Source of the DNA: Octopus sinensis | Lineage: Eukaryota | Direction: 5' to 3' | Assembly (NCBI RefSeq): GCF_006345805.1 | Contig: NW_021833764.1 | Location: 12,487 to 76,486, forward strand | DNA length: 64,000 nucleotides | Shown: one piece after another, positions 27,101-39,700 of the stretch | Layout: each line of letters opens with the position of its first letter | Numbering within the stretch: position 1 is the stretch's first letter | Translations under genes and position numbers: made by a program | Notes under the pieces: generated by a model | The model's database searches: none | What the model was told of the DNA's origin: nothing | Seen by the model: only the letters and a program-made list of their open reading frames with translations

Positions 27101-30100
27101 GAGTTCAAATTCCACCGAGGTCGACTTTGCCTTTCGTCCTTTCGGGGTCGATTAAATAAGTACCAGTTACGCACTGGGGTCGATATAATCGACTTAAGTG
27201 AATGATTTTTTTAAATGAATATTAAAATGTATTTCGTCTGCCGCTATGTTCTGAGTTCAAATTCCACCGAGGTCGACTTGCCTTTCGTCCTTTCGGGGTC
27301 GATTAAATAAGTACCAGTTACGCACTGGGGTCGATATAATCGACTTAAGTGAATGATTTTTTTAATGAAATATAAAATGTATTTCGTCTGCCGCTACGTT
27401 CTGAGTTCAAGTTCAAATTCCACCGAGGTCGACTTTGCCTTTCGTCCTTTCGGGGTCGATTAAATAAGTACCAGTTACGCACTGGGGTCGATATAATCGA
27501 CTTAAGTGAATGATTTTTTTAAATGAAATATAAAATGTATTTCGTCTGCCGCTACGTTCTGAGTTCAAATTCCACCGAGGTCGACTTTGCCTTTCGTCCT
27601 TTCGGGGTCGATTAAATAAGTACCAGTTACGCACTGGGGTCGATATAATCGACTTAAGTGAATGATTTTTTTAAATGAAATATAAAATGTATTTCGTCTG
27701 CCGCGACGTTCTGAGTTCAAATTCCACCGAGGTCGACTTTGCCTTTCGTCCTTTCGGGGTCGATTAAATAAGTAGCAGTACGACCTGGGTCGATATAATC
27801 GACTTAAGTGAATGATTTTTTAAATGAAATATAAAATGTATTTCGTCTGCCGCTACGTTCTGAGTTCAAATTCCACCGAGGTCGACTTTGCCTTTCGTCC
27901 TTTCGGGGTCGATTAAATAAGTACCAGTTACGCACTGGGGTCGATATAATCGACTTAAGTGAATGATTTTTTTTAAATGAATATAAAATGTATTTCGTCT
28001 GCCGCTACGTTCTGAGTTCAAATTCCACGAAGGTCGACTTTGCCTTTCGTCCTTTCGGGGTCGATTAAATAAGTACCAGTTACGCACTGGGGTCGATATA
28101 ATCGACTTAAGTGAATGATTTTTTTAAATGAAATATAAAATGTATTTCGTTTGCCGCTATGTTCTGAGTTCAAATTCCACCGAGGTCGACTTTGCCTTTC
28201 GTCCTTTCGGGGTCGATTAAATAAGTACCAGTTACGCACTGGGGTCGATATAATCGACTTAAGTGAATGATTTTTTTAAATGAATTATAAAATGTATTTC
28301 GTCCGCCGCTACGTTCTGAGTTCAAATTCCACCGAGGTCGACTTTGCCTTTCGTCCTTTCGGGGGCGATTAAATAAGTACCAGTTACGCACTGGGGTCGA
28401 TATAATCGACTTAAGTGAATGATTTTTTAAAATTAAATATAAAATGTATTTCGTCTGCCGCTATGTTCTGAGTTCAAATTCCACCGAGGTCGACTTTGCC
28501 TTTCGTCCTTTCGGGGTCGATTAAATAAGTACCAGTTACGCACTGGGGTCGATATAATCGACTTAAGTGAATGACTTTTTTAAATGAATTATAAAATGTA
28601 TTTCGTCTGCCGCTACGTTCTGAGTTCAAATTCCACCGAGGTCGACTTGCCTTTCGTCCTTTCGGGGTCGATTAAATAAGTACCAGTTACGCACTGGGGT
28701 CGATATAATCGACTTAAGTGAATGATTTTTTTAAATGAATTATAAAATGTATTTCGTCTGCCGCTCTGTTCTGAGTTCAAATTCCACCGAGGTCGACTTT
28801 GCCTTTCGTCCTTTCGGGGTCGATTAAATAAGTACCAGTTACGCACTGGGGTCGATATAATCGATTTAAGTGAATGATTTTTTAAAATGAATTATAAAAT
28901 GTATTTCGTCTGCCGCTATGTTCTGAGTTCAAATTCCACCGAGGTCGACTTTGCCTTTCGTCCTTTCGGGGTCGATTAAATAAGTACCAGTTACGCACTG
29001 GGGTCGATATAATCGACTTAAGTGAATGATTTTTTAAAATGAATTATAAAATGTATTTCGTCTGCCGCTATGTTCTGAGTTCAAATTCCACCGAGGTCGA
29101 CTTTGCCTTTTGTCCTTTCGGGGTCGATTAAATAAGTACCAGTTACGCACTGGGGTCGATATAATCGACTTAAGTGAATGATTTTTTTTAATGAATTATA
29201 AAATGTATTTCGTCTGCCGCTACGTTCTGAGTTCAAATTCCACCGAGGTCGACTTTGCCTTTCGTCCTTTCGGGGTCGATTAAATAAGTACCAGTTACGC
29301 ACTGGGGTCGATATAATCGACTTAAGTGAATGATTTTTTTAAATAAATATAAAATGTATTTCGTCTGCCGCTACGTTCTGAGTTCAAATTCCACCGAGGT
29401 CGACTTTGCCTTTCGTCCTTTCGGGGTCGATTAAATATGTACCAGTTACGCACTGGGGTCGATATAATCGACTTAAGTGAATGATTTTTTTAAATGAAAT
29501 ATAAAATGTATTTCGTCTGCCGCTATGTTCTGAGTTTAAATCCACCGAGGTCGACTTTGCGTTTCGTCCTTTCGGGGTCGATTAAATAAGTACCAGTTAC
29601 GCACTGGGGTCGATATAATCGACTTAAGTGAATGATTTTTTTAAATGAATTATAAAATGTATTTCGTCTGCCGCTACGTTCTGAGTTCAAATTCCACCGA
29701 GGTCGACTTGCCTTTCGTCCTTTCGGGGTCGATTAATAAGTACCAGTTACGCACTGGGGTCGATATAATCGACTTAAGTGAATGATCTTTTAAAATGAAA
29801 TATAAAATGTATTTCGTCTGCCGCTACGTTCTGAGTTCAAATTCCACCGAGGTCGACTTGCCTTTCGTTCTTTCGGGGTCGATTAAATAAGTACCAGTTA
29901 CGCACTGTGGTCGATATAATCGACTTAAGTGAATGATTTTTTAAAATGAATTATAAAATGTATTTCGTCTGCCGCTCTGTTCTAAGTTCAAATTCCACCG
30001 AGGTCGACTTTGCCTTTCGTCCTTTCGGGGTCGATTAAATAAGTACCAGTTACGCACTGTGGTCGATATAATCGATTTAAGTGAATGATTTTTTAAAATG

Positions 30101-33100
30101 AATTATAAAATGTATTTCGTCTGCCGCTATGTTCTGAGTTCAAATTCCACCGAGGTCGACTTTGCCTTTCGTCCTTTCGGGGTCGATTAAATAAGTACCA
30201 GTTACGCACTGGGGTCGATATAATCGACTTAAGTGAATGATTTTTTTAAATGAAATATAAAATGTATTTCGTCTGCCGCTATGTTCTGAGTTCAATTCCA
30301 CCGAGGTCGACTTTGCCTTTCGTCCTTTCGGGGTCGATTAAATAAGTACCAGTTACGCACTGGGGTCGATATAATCGACTTAAGTGAATGATTTTTTTTA
30401 ATGAATTATAAAATGTATTTCGTCTGCCGCTACGTTCTGAGTTCAAATTCCACCGAGGTCGACTTTGCCTTTCGTCCTTTCGGGGTCGATTAAATAAGTA
30501 CCAGTTACGCACTGGGGTCGATATAATCGACTTAAGTGAATGATTTTTTTAAAATGAATATAAAATGTATTTCGTCTGCCGCTACGTTCTGAGTTCAAAT
30601 TCCACCGAGGTCGACTTTGCCTTTCGTCCTTTCGGGGTCGATTAAATAAGTACCAGTTACGCACTGGGGTCGATATAATCGACTTAAGTGAATGATTTTT
30701 TTAAATGAAATATAAAATGTATTTCGTCTGCCGCTATGTTCTGAGTTTAAATTCCACCGAGGTCGACTTTGCGTTTCGTCCTTTCGGGGTCGATTAAATA
30801 AGTACCAGTTACGCACTGGGGTCGATATAATCGACTTAAGTGAATGATTTTTTTAAATGAATTATAAAATGTATTTCGTCTGCCGCTACGTTCTGAGTTC
30901 AAATTCCACCGAGGTCGACTTTGCCTTTCGTCCTTTCGGGGTCGATTAAATAAGTACCAGTTACGCACTGGGGTCGATATAATCGACTTAAGTGAATGAT
31001 TTTTTAAAATGAAATATAAAATGTATTTCGTCTGCCGCTACGTTCTGAGTTCAAATTCCACCGAGGTCGACTTGCCTTTCGTTCTTTCGGGGTCGATTAA
31101 ATAAGTACCAGTTACGCACTGGGGTCGATATAATCGACTTAAGTGAATGATTTTTTAAAATGAATTATAAAATGTATTTCGTCTGCCGCTCTGTTCTAAG
31201 TTCAAATTCCACCGAGGTCGACTTTGCCTTTCGTCCTTTCGGGGTCGATTAAATAAGTACCAGTTACGCACTGGGGTCGATATAATCGATTTAAGTGAAT
31301 GATTTTTTAAAATGAATTATAAAATGTATTTCGTCTGCCGCTATGTTCTGAGTTCAAATTCCACCGAGGTCGACTTTGCCTTTCGTCCTTTCGGGGTCGA
31401 TTAAATAAGTACCAGTTACGCACTGGGGTCGATATAATCGACTTAAGTGAATGATTTTTTTTAAATGAATTAAAATGTATTCGTCTGCCGCTATGTTCTG
31501 AGTTCAAATTCCACCGAGGTCGACTTTGCCTTTTGTCCTTTCGGGGTCGATTAAATAAGTACCAGTTACGCACTGGGGTCGATATAATCGACTTAAGTGA
31601 ATGATTTTTTAAAATGAAATATAAAATGTATTTCGTCTGCCGCTACGTTCTGAGTTCAAATTCCACCGAGGTCGACTTTGCCTTTCGTCCTTTCGGGGTC
31701 GATTAAATAAGTACCAGTTACGCACTGGGGTCGATATAATCGACTTAAGTGAATGATTTTTTTAAATGAAATATAAAATGTATTTCGTCTGCCGCTACGT
31801 TCTGAGTTCAAATTCCACCGAGGTCGACTTTGCCTTTCGTCCTTTCGGGGTCGATTAAATAAGTACCAGTTACGCACTGGGGTCGATATAATCGACATAA
31901 GTGAATGATTTTTTTAAATGAAATATAAAATGTATTTCGTCTGCCGCTACGTTCTGAGTTCAAATTCCACCGAGGTCGACTTTGCCTTTCGTCCTTTCGG
32001 GGTCGATTAAATAAGTACCAGTTACGCATGGGGGTCGATATAATCGACTTAAGTGAATGATTTTTTAAAATGAATTATAAAATGTATTTCGTCTGCCGCT
32101 ATGTTCTGAGTTCAAATTCCACCGAGGTCGACTTTGCCTTTTGTCCTTTCGGGGTCGATTAAATAAGTACCAGTTACGCACTGGGGTCGATATAATCGAC
32201 TTAAGTGAATGATTTTTTAAAATGAATATAAAATGTATTTCGTCTGCCGCTACGTTCTGAGTTCAAATTCCACCGAGGTCGACTTTGCCTTTCGTCCTTT
32301 CGGGGTCGATTAAATAAGTACCAGTTACGCACTGGGTCGATATAATCGACTTAAGTGAATGATTTTTTTAAATGAAATATAAAATGTATTTCGTCTGCCG
32401 CTACGTTCTGAGTTCAAATTCCACCGAGGTCGACTTTGCCTTTCGTCCTTTCGGGGTCGATTAAATAAGTACCAGTTACGCACTGGGTCGATATAATCGA
32501 CTTAAGTGAATGATTTTTTTAAATGAATTATAAAATGTATTTCGTCTGCCGCTACGTTCTGAGTTCAAATTCACACCGAGGTCGACTTTGCCTTTCGTCC
32601 TTTCGGGGTCGATTAAATAAGTACCAGTTACACTGGTGTCGATATAATCGACTTAAGTGAATGATTTTTTTAAATGAAATATAAAATGTATTTCGTCTGC
32701 CGCTACGTTCTGAGTTCAAATTCCACCGAGGTCGACTTTGCCTTTCGTCCTTTCGGGGTCGATTAAATAAGTACCAGTTACGCACTGGGTCGATATAATC
32801 GACTTAAGTGAATGATTTTTTTTAAATGAAATATAAAATGTATTTCGTCTCCCGCTACGTTCTGAGTTCAAATTCCACCGAGGTCGACTTTGCCTTTCGT
32901 CCTTTCGGGGTCGATTAAATAAGTACCAGTTACGCACTGGGGTCGATATAATCGACTTAAGTGAATGATTTTTTTAAATAAATTATAAAATGTATTTCGT
33001 CTGCCGCTACGTTCTGAGTTCAAATTCCACCGAGGTCGACTTTGCCTTTCGTCCTTTCGGGGTCGATTAAATAAGTACCAGTTACGCACTGGGGTCGATA

Positions 33101-36017
33101 TAATCGACTTAAGTGAATGATTTTTTAAAATGAATTATAAAATGTATTTCGTCTGCCGCTATGTTCTGAGTTCAAATTCCACCGAGGTCGACTTTGCCTT
33201 TTGTCCTTTCGGGGTCGATTAAATAAGTACCAGTTACGCACTGGGTCGATATAATCGACTTAAGTGAATGATTTTTTTAAATGAAATATAAAATGTATTT
33301 CGTCTGCCGCTACGTCTGAGTTCAAATTCCACCGAGGTCGACTTTGCCTTTCGTCCTTCGGGGTCGATTAAATAAGTACCAGTTACGCACTGGGGTCGAT
33401 ATAATCGACTTAAGTGAATGATTTTTTAAAATGAAATATAAAATGTTAGTCTGCCGCTACGTTCTGAGTTCAAATTCCACCGAGGTCGACTTTGCCTTTC
33501 GTCCTTTCGGGGTCGATTAAATAAGTACCAGTTACGCACTGGGGTCGATATAATCGACATAAGTGAATGATTTTTTTAAATGAAATATAAAATGTATTTC
33601 GTCTGCCGCTACGTTCTGAGTTCAAATTCCACCGAGGTCGACTTTGCCTTTCGTCCTTTCGGGGTCGATTAAATAAGTACCAGTTACGCACTGGGGTCGA
33701 TATAATCGACTTAAGTGAATGATTTTTTAAAATGAATATAAAATGTATTTCGTCTGCCGCTACGTTCTGAGTTCAAATTCCACCGAGGTCGACTTTGCCT
33801 TTCGTCCTTTCGGGGTCGATTAATAAGTACCAGTTACGCACTGGGGTCGATACAATCGACTTAAGTGAATGATTTTTTTAAATGAATTATAAAATGTATT
33901 TCGTCTGCCGCTACGTTCTGAGTTCAAATTCCACCGAGGTCGACTTGCCTTTCGTCCTCGGGGGTCGATTAAATAAGTACCAGTTACGCACTGGTGTCGA
34001 ATAATCGACTTAAGTGAATGATTTTTTTAAATGAAATATAAAATGTATTTCGTCTGCCGCTACGTTCTGAGTTCAAATTCCACCGAGGTCGACTTTGCCT
34101 TTCGTCCTTTCGGGGTCGATTAAATAAGTACCAGTTACGCACTGGGTCGATATAATCGACTTAAGTGAATGATTTTTTTAAATGAAATATAAAATGTCTT
34201 TCGTCTGCCGCTACGTTCTGAGTTCAAATTCCACCGAGTCGGTCGACTTTGCCTTTCGTCCTTTCGGGGTCGATTAAATAAGTACCAGTTACGCACTGGG
34301 GTCGATATAATCGACTTAAGTGAATGATTTTTTTAAATGAATTATAAAATGTATTTCGTCTGCCGCTACGTTCTGAGTTCAAATTCCACCGAGGTCGACT
34401 TTGCCTTCGTCCTTTCGGGGTCGATTAAATAAGTACCAGTTACGCACTGGTTGTCGATATAATCGACTTAAGTGAATGATTTTTTTAAATGAAATATAAA
34501 TGTATTTCGTCTGCCGCTACGTTCTGAGTTCAAATTCCACCGAGGTCGACTTTGCCTTTCGTCCTTTCGGGGTCGATTAAATAAGTACCAGTTACGCACT
34601 GGGGTCGATATAATCGACTTAAGTGAATGATTTTTTAAATGAAATAAAAATGTATTTCGTCTGCCGCTATGTTCTGAGTTCAAATTCCACCGAGGTCGAC
34701 TTTGCCTTTCGTCCTTTCGGGGTCGATTAAATAAGTACCAGTTACGCACTGGGGTCGATATAATCGACTTAAGTGAATGATTTTTTTAAAATGAATATAA
34801 AATGTATTTCGTCTGCCGCTACGTTCTGAGTTCAAATTCCACCGAGGTCGACTTTGCCTTTCGTCCTTTCGGGGTCGATAAATAAGTACCAGTTACGCAC
34901 TGGGGTCGATATAATCGACTTAAGTGAATGATTTTTTTAAAATGAAATATAAAATGTATTTCGTCTGCCGCTACGTTCTGAGTTCAAATTCCACCGAGGT
35001 CGACTTTGCCTTTCGTCCTTTCGGGGTCGATTAAATAAGTACCAGTTACGCACTGCGGTCGATATAATAACGACTTAAGTGAATGATTTTTTTAATGAAA
35101 TATAAAATGTATTTGTCTGCCGCTATGTTTTGAGTTCAAATTCCACCGAGGTCGACTTTGCCTTTCGTCCTTTCGGGGTCGATTAAATAAGTACCAGTTA
35201 CGCACTGGGGTCGATATAATCGACTTAAGTGAATGATTTTTTAAATGAATTATAAAATGTATTTCGTCTGCCGCTACGTTCTGAGTTCAAATTCCACCGA
35301 TGTCGACTTTGCCTTTCGTCCTTTCGGGGTCGATTAAATAAGTACCAGTTACGCACTGGGGTCGATATAATCGACTTAAGTGAATGATTTTTTAAATGAA
35401 TTATAAAATGTATTTCGTCTGCCGCTACGTTCTGAGTTCAAATTCCACCGAGGTCGACTTTGCCTTTCGTCCTTTCGGGGTCGATTAAATAAGTACCAGT
35501 TACGCACTGGGGTCGATATAATCGACTTAAGTGAATGATTTTTTTAATGAATTATAAAATGTATTTCGTCTGCCGCTACGTTCTGAGTTCAAATTCCACG
35601 AGGGTCGACTTTGCCTTTCGTCCTTTCGGGGTCGATTAAATAAGTACCAGTTACGCACTGGTGTCGATATAATCGACTTAAGTGAATGATTTTTTTAAAT
35701 GAATTATAAAATGTATTTCGTCTGCCGCTACGTTCTGAGTTCAAATTCCACCGAGGTCGACTTTGCCTTTCGTCCTTTCGGGGTCGATTAAATAAGTACC
35801 AGTTACGCACTGGGGTCGATATAATCGATTTAAGTGAATGATTTTTTTAAATGAAATATAAAATGTATTTCGTCTGCCGCTATGTTCTGAGTTCAAATTC
35901 CACCGAGGTCGACTTTGCCTTTCGTCCTTTCGGGGTCGATTAAATAAGTACCAGTTACGCACTGGGGTCGATATAATCGACTTAAGTGAATGATTTTTTA
36001 AGTGAATTATAAAATGT
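3172..36017 (+). repeat. 152-bp SINE-derived tandem satellite, ~216 head-to-tail monomers
   Basis: Monomer 3174-3325: AAGTGAATGATTTTTTTAAATGAATTATAAAATGT + ATTTCGTCTGCCGCTACGTTCTGAGTTCAAATTCCACCGAGGTCGACTTTGCCTTTCGTCCTTTCGGGGTCGATTAAATAAGTACCAGTTACGCACTGGGGTCGATATAATCGACTT. (35984-3174)/152 is about 216. One orientation throughout; I saw no interrupting insertion. Confidence 0.97.
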
Positions 36018-36704
36018 GCCAACAAATGATGAATGAGTGAATTGATGAATGTGAGTTTAAAATGAAGGAGTGAAAAGAATATTGGAATGGATAAATGATT
36101 GAATAACGAAGGAATTATCCATTGAAAGAAGGAATGAACAATGAAGGAATGGGATGGATGAATGAAGTGAAGAAAGAATGAGAGGCTGAATGAATGGATG
36201 AATGAATGAATGCACGAGAGGATGGGTGGGTGAATGAATGAATGAACGAGGAAATGGATGAATGAATGAATCGACTGAAGAATGAATTTATGAAAAGGTG
36301 AATGAGTGAATGAACGAATGCATGACTGAATCAAAGAAAAAACGAACGAAAGAACGAGGAATGAATGAATGAACGAAGGGGTAGATAAATGAAAGATTTA
36401 ATGAATGAATGAAGGGACGAGGGAATCGATGAAGGAATGGGATAGATGAATGAAGTGAAGAAAGAATGAGAGGCTGAATGAACGAATAAGCTAATGCATG
36501 AATGAAAACGAATTAATGAAGGAATAAATGTAAAACGCAGAATGAAATGAAGGAATGAAAGGGAAAAAATGAAGGAATGAATGAAGAGGTGACTGAACGA
36601 GTTGATAAATCAATGAATGAAAAGGAAGAAATGAATCGACGAACGAAGATCGAATGGACAAATGAATGGAAAACAAAAACAGGGACGAAGAAAGAAAATG
36701 AAGA
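36018..36704 (+). repeat. Degenerate GAAT-rich left flank containing a ~288-bp repeat unit
   Basis: ATGAAGGAATGGGAT(G/A)GATGAATGAAGTGAAGAAAGAATGAGAGGCTGAATG recurs at 36141 and 36429. Confidence 0.85.
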
Positions 36705-39700
36705 AATGAGTGAATGAGCGAATGAGTGAATGAGCGAATGAGTGAATGAGCGAATGAGTGAATGAGCGAATGAGTGAATGAGCGAATGAGTTGAAGACGA
36801 ATGAGTGAATGAAGTGAATGAGCGAATGAGTGGTGAATGAGCGAAATGAGTGAAGAGCGATGAGTGATCGATGAGCGATATGAAAGTGAATGAGTGAATG
36901 AGCGAATGAGTGAATGAGCGAATGAGTGAATGAGCGCAAAGAATGGAATGAGGAAATGAGTGATGAATGAGCGAATGAGTGAATGATTAGCGAATGAGTG
37001 AATGAACGAATAGTGATGAGAGTGAATGAGAGAAATGAGAATGAGAGATGCGAATGAGTGAGTGAATGAGCGAATGAGTGAATGAGCGCGAATGAGTGAA
37101 TGAACGAATGAGTGAATGAGTGAATGAACGAATGAGTGAATGAGTGAATGAGCGAATGAAAGAATGAGTGAATGAACGAATGAGATGAATGAGCGATCAA
37201 TGGGTGAATGAACAAATGAGTGAATGAAAGAAATGGAGTTGAATGAGCGAATGAGTGTGAATGAGCGAATGAGTGAATGAACGAATGAGTGAATGAGCGA
37301 ATGAGTGATGAACGAATGAGTGAATGAGGTGAATGAGCAATGAGTGAATGAGCGAATGAGTGAATGAGCGAATGAGTGATGAGCGAAGAGTGAATGAGTG
37401 AATGAGCGAAGGAGTGAATGAGCGAATGAGTGAATGAGCGAATGAGTGAATGAGCGAATTGATGTGAATGAACGAATGATGAATGAGCGAATGAGGTGAA
37501 TGAGCGAATGAAGTGAATGAACGAATGAGTGAATGAGCGAATGAGGGAATGAACGAGATGAAGCGAATGAGTGAATGAGCGCGAATGAGTGAATGAGCGA
37601 ATGAGTGAATGAAGCGAATGAGTGAATGAATGAATGAGCGAATGAGTGAATGACGCGAATGAGTGAATGAGCGAATGAGTGAATGAGCGAATGAGTGAAT
37701 GAACGAATGAGTGAAATGAGAGAATGAGTGACTGAACGAATTAGTGAATGAGTGAATGAGAAATGACGTGAATGAGGCGAATGAGTGAATGAGCGAATGA
37801 GGGAATGAAAGCGAATGAGTGAATGAACGAATGTGTGAGATGAGTGAATGAGTGATAATGAACGAATGAGTGAATGAGTGAATGAGCGAATGAACGAATG
37901 AGTGAATGAAAACGAATGAGTGAATGAGCAAATGAGTGAATGAACAAATGAGTGAATGAACGAAAATGATGTGAATGAGCGAATGAGTGAATGAGCAAAT
38001 GAGTGAATAAGCGAATGGTGAATGAACGATTGAGTGATGAGCGAATGAGTGAATGAACGAATGAGTGAATGAACGAACGAAAGAGTGATGAGTGAATGAG
38101 CGAATGAGTGAATGGGCGAATGAGTGAATGATGAGCGAATGAGAGAATGAGTGAATGAGCGAATGAGTGAATGAACAATGAGTGAATGAGCGAATGAGTG
38201 GAATGAGCGATGAAGAGTGAATGAGCGAATGAGTGAATGAGCGAATGAGTAAATGAGCAAATGAGTGAAGATGGAATGAGCGAATGAGTGAATGTGCGAA
38301 TGAGTGAGTGACATGAAGCGAATGAGCGAATGAGTGAATGAGTGAATGAGCGAATGATGTGAATGAAGCGAATGAGTGAATGAGCGAATGAGTGAATGAG
38401 CGAATGAGTGAATGAGTGAATGAGCGAATGAGTGAATGAGCGAATGAGTGAATGAGCGAATGAGTGAATGAGTGAATGAGCGAATGAGTGAATGAGCGAA
38501 TGAGTGAATGAACGAATGAGTGAATGAGCGAATGAGTGAATGAACGAATTAGTGAATGAGTGAATGAGAAATGAGTGAATGAGCGAATGAGTGAATGAGC
38601 GAATGAGTGAATGAGCGAATGAGTGAATGAACGAATGAGTGAATGAGTGAATGAACGAATGAGTGAATGAGTGAATGAGCGAATGAACGAATGAGTGAAT
38701 GAACGAATGACGTGAATGAGCAAATGAGTGAATGAACAAATGAGTGAATGAACGAATGAGTGAATGAGCGAATGAGTGAATGAGCGAATGAGTGAATGAA
38801 CGAATGAGTGAATGAGCCAATGAGTGAATGAACGAATGAGTGAATGAGTGAATGAGCGAATGAGTGAATGAGCGAATGAGTGAATGAGCGAATGAGTGAA
38901 TGAGCGAATGAGTGAATGAGTGAATGAGCGAAGGAGTGAATGAGCGAATGAGTGAATGAGCGAATGAGTGAATGAACGAATGAGTGAATGAGCGAATGAG
39001 TGAATGAGCGAATGAGTGAATGAGCGAATGAGTGAATGAGCGAATGAGTGAATGAACGAATGAGTGAATGAGCGAATGAGTGAATGAACGAATGAGTGAA
39101 TGAGTGAATGAGCGAATGAGTGAATGAGCGAATGAGTGAATGAGCGAATGAGTGAATGAGCGAATGAGTGAATGAGTGAATGAGCGAATGAGTGAATGAG
39201 CGAATGAGTGAATGCGCGAATGAGTGAATGAGCGAATGAGTTAATGAACGAATGAGTGAATGAGCGAATGAGTGAATGAACGAATTAGTGAATGAGTGAA
39301 TGAGAAATGAGTGAATGAGCGAATGAGTGAATGAGCGAATGAGGTGAATGAGCGAATGAGTGAATGAACGAATGTGGTGAAGGAGTGAATGGTGAATGGA
39401 AACGAATGAGTGAATGAGTGAATGAGCGAATGAACGAATGAGTGAATGAACGAATGAGTGAATGAGCAAATGAGTGAATGAACAAATGAGTGAATGAACG
39501 AATGAGTGAATGAGCGAATGAGTGAATGAGCAAATGAGTGAATAAGCGAATGAGTGAATGAACGAATGAGTGAATGAGCGAATGAGTGAATGAACGAATG
39601 AGTGAATGAGCGAATGAGTGAATGAGCGAATGAGTGAATGGGGCGAATGAGTGAATGAAGCGAATGAGAATGAGTGAAGAGGAATGAGCGAATGAGTGAA

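Noticed and set aside
3074-35960. Dozens of ~73-aa ORFs (MRNWYLFNRPRKDERQ...) as a tandem gene family
   Set aside because: They are translations of the 152-bp monomer. 152 is not a multiple of 3, so each ORF spans ~1.5 monomers and overlaps the next; indels are tolerated freely.
3172-36017. CRISPR array
   Set aside because: No unique spacers and no cas genes; the whole unit repeats, and the context is eukaryotic.
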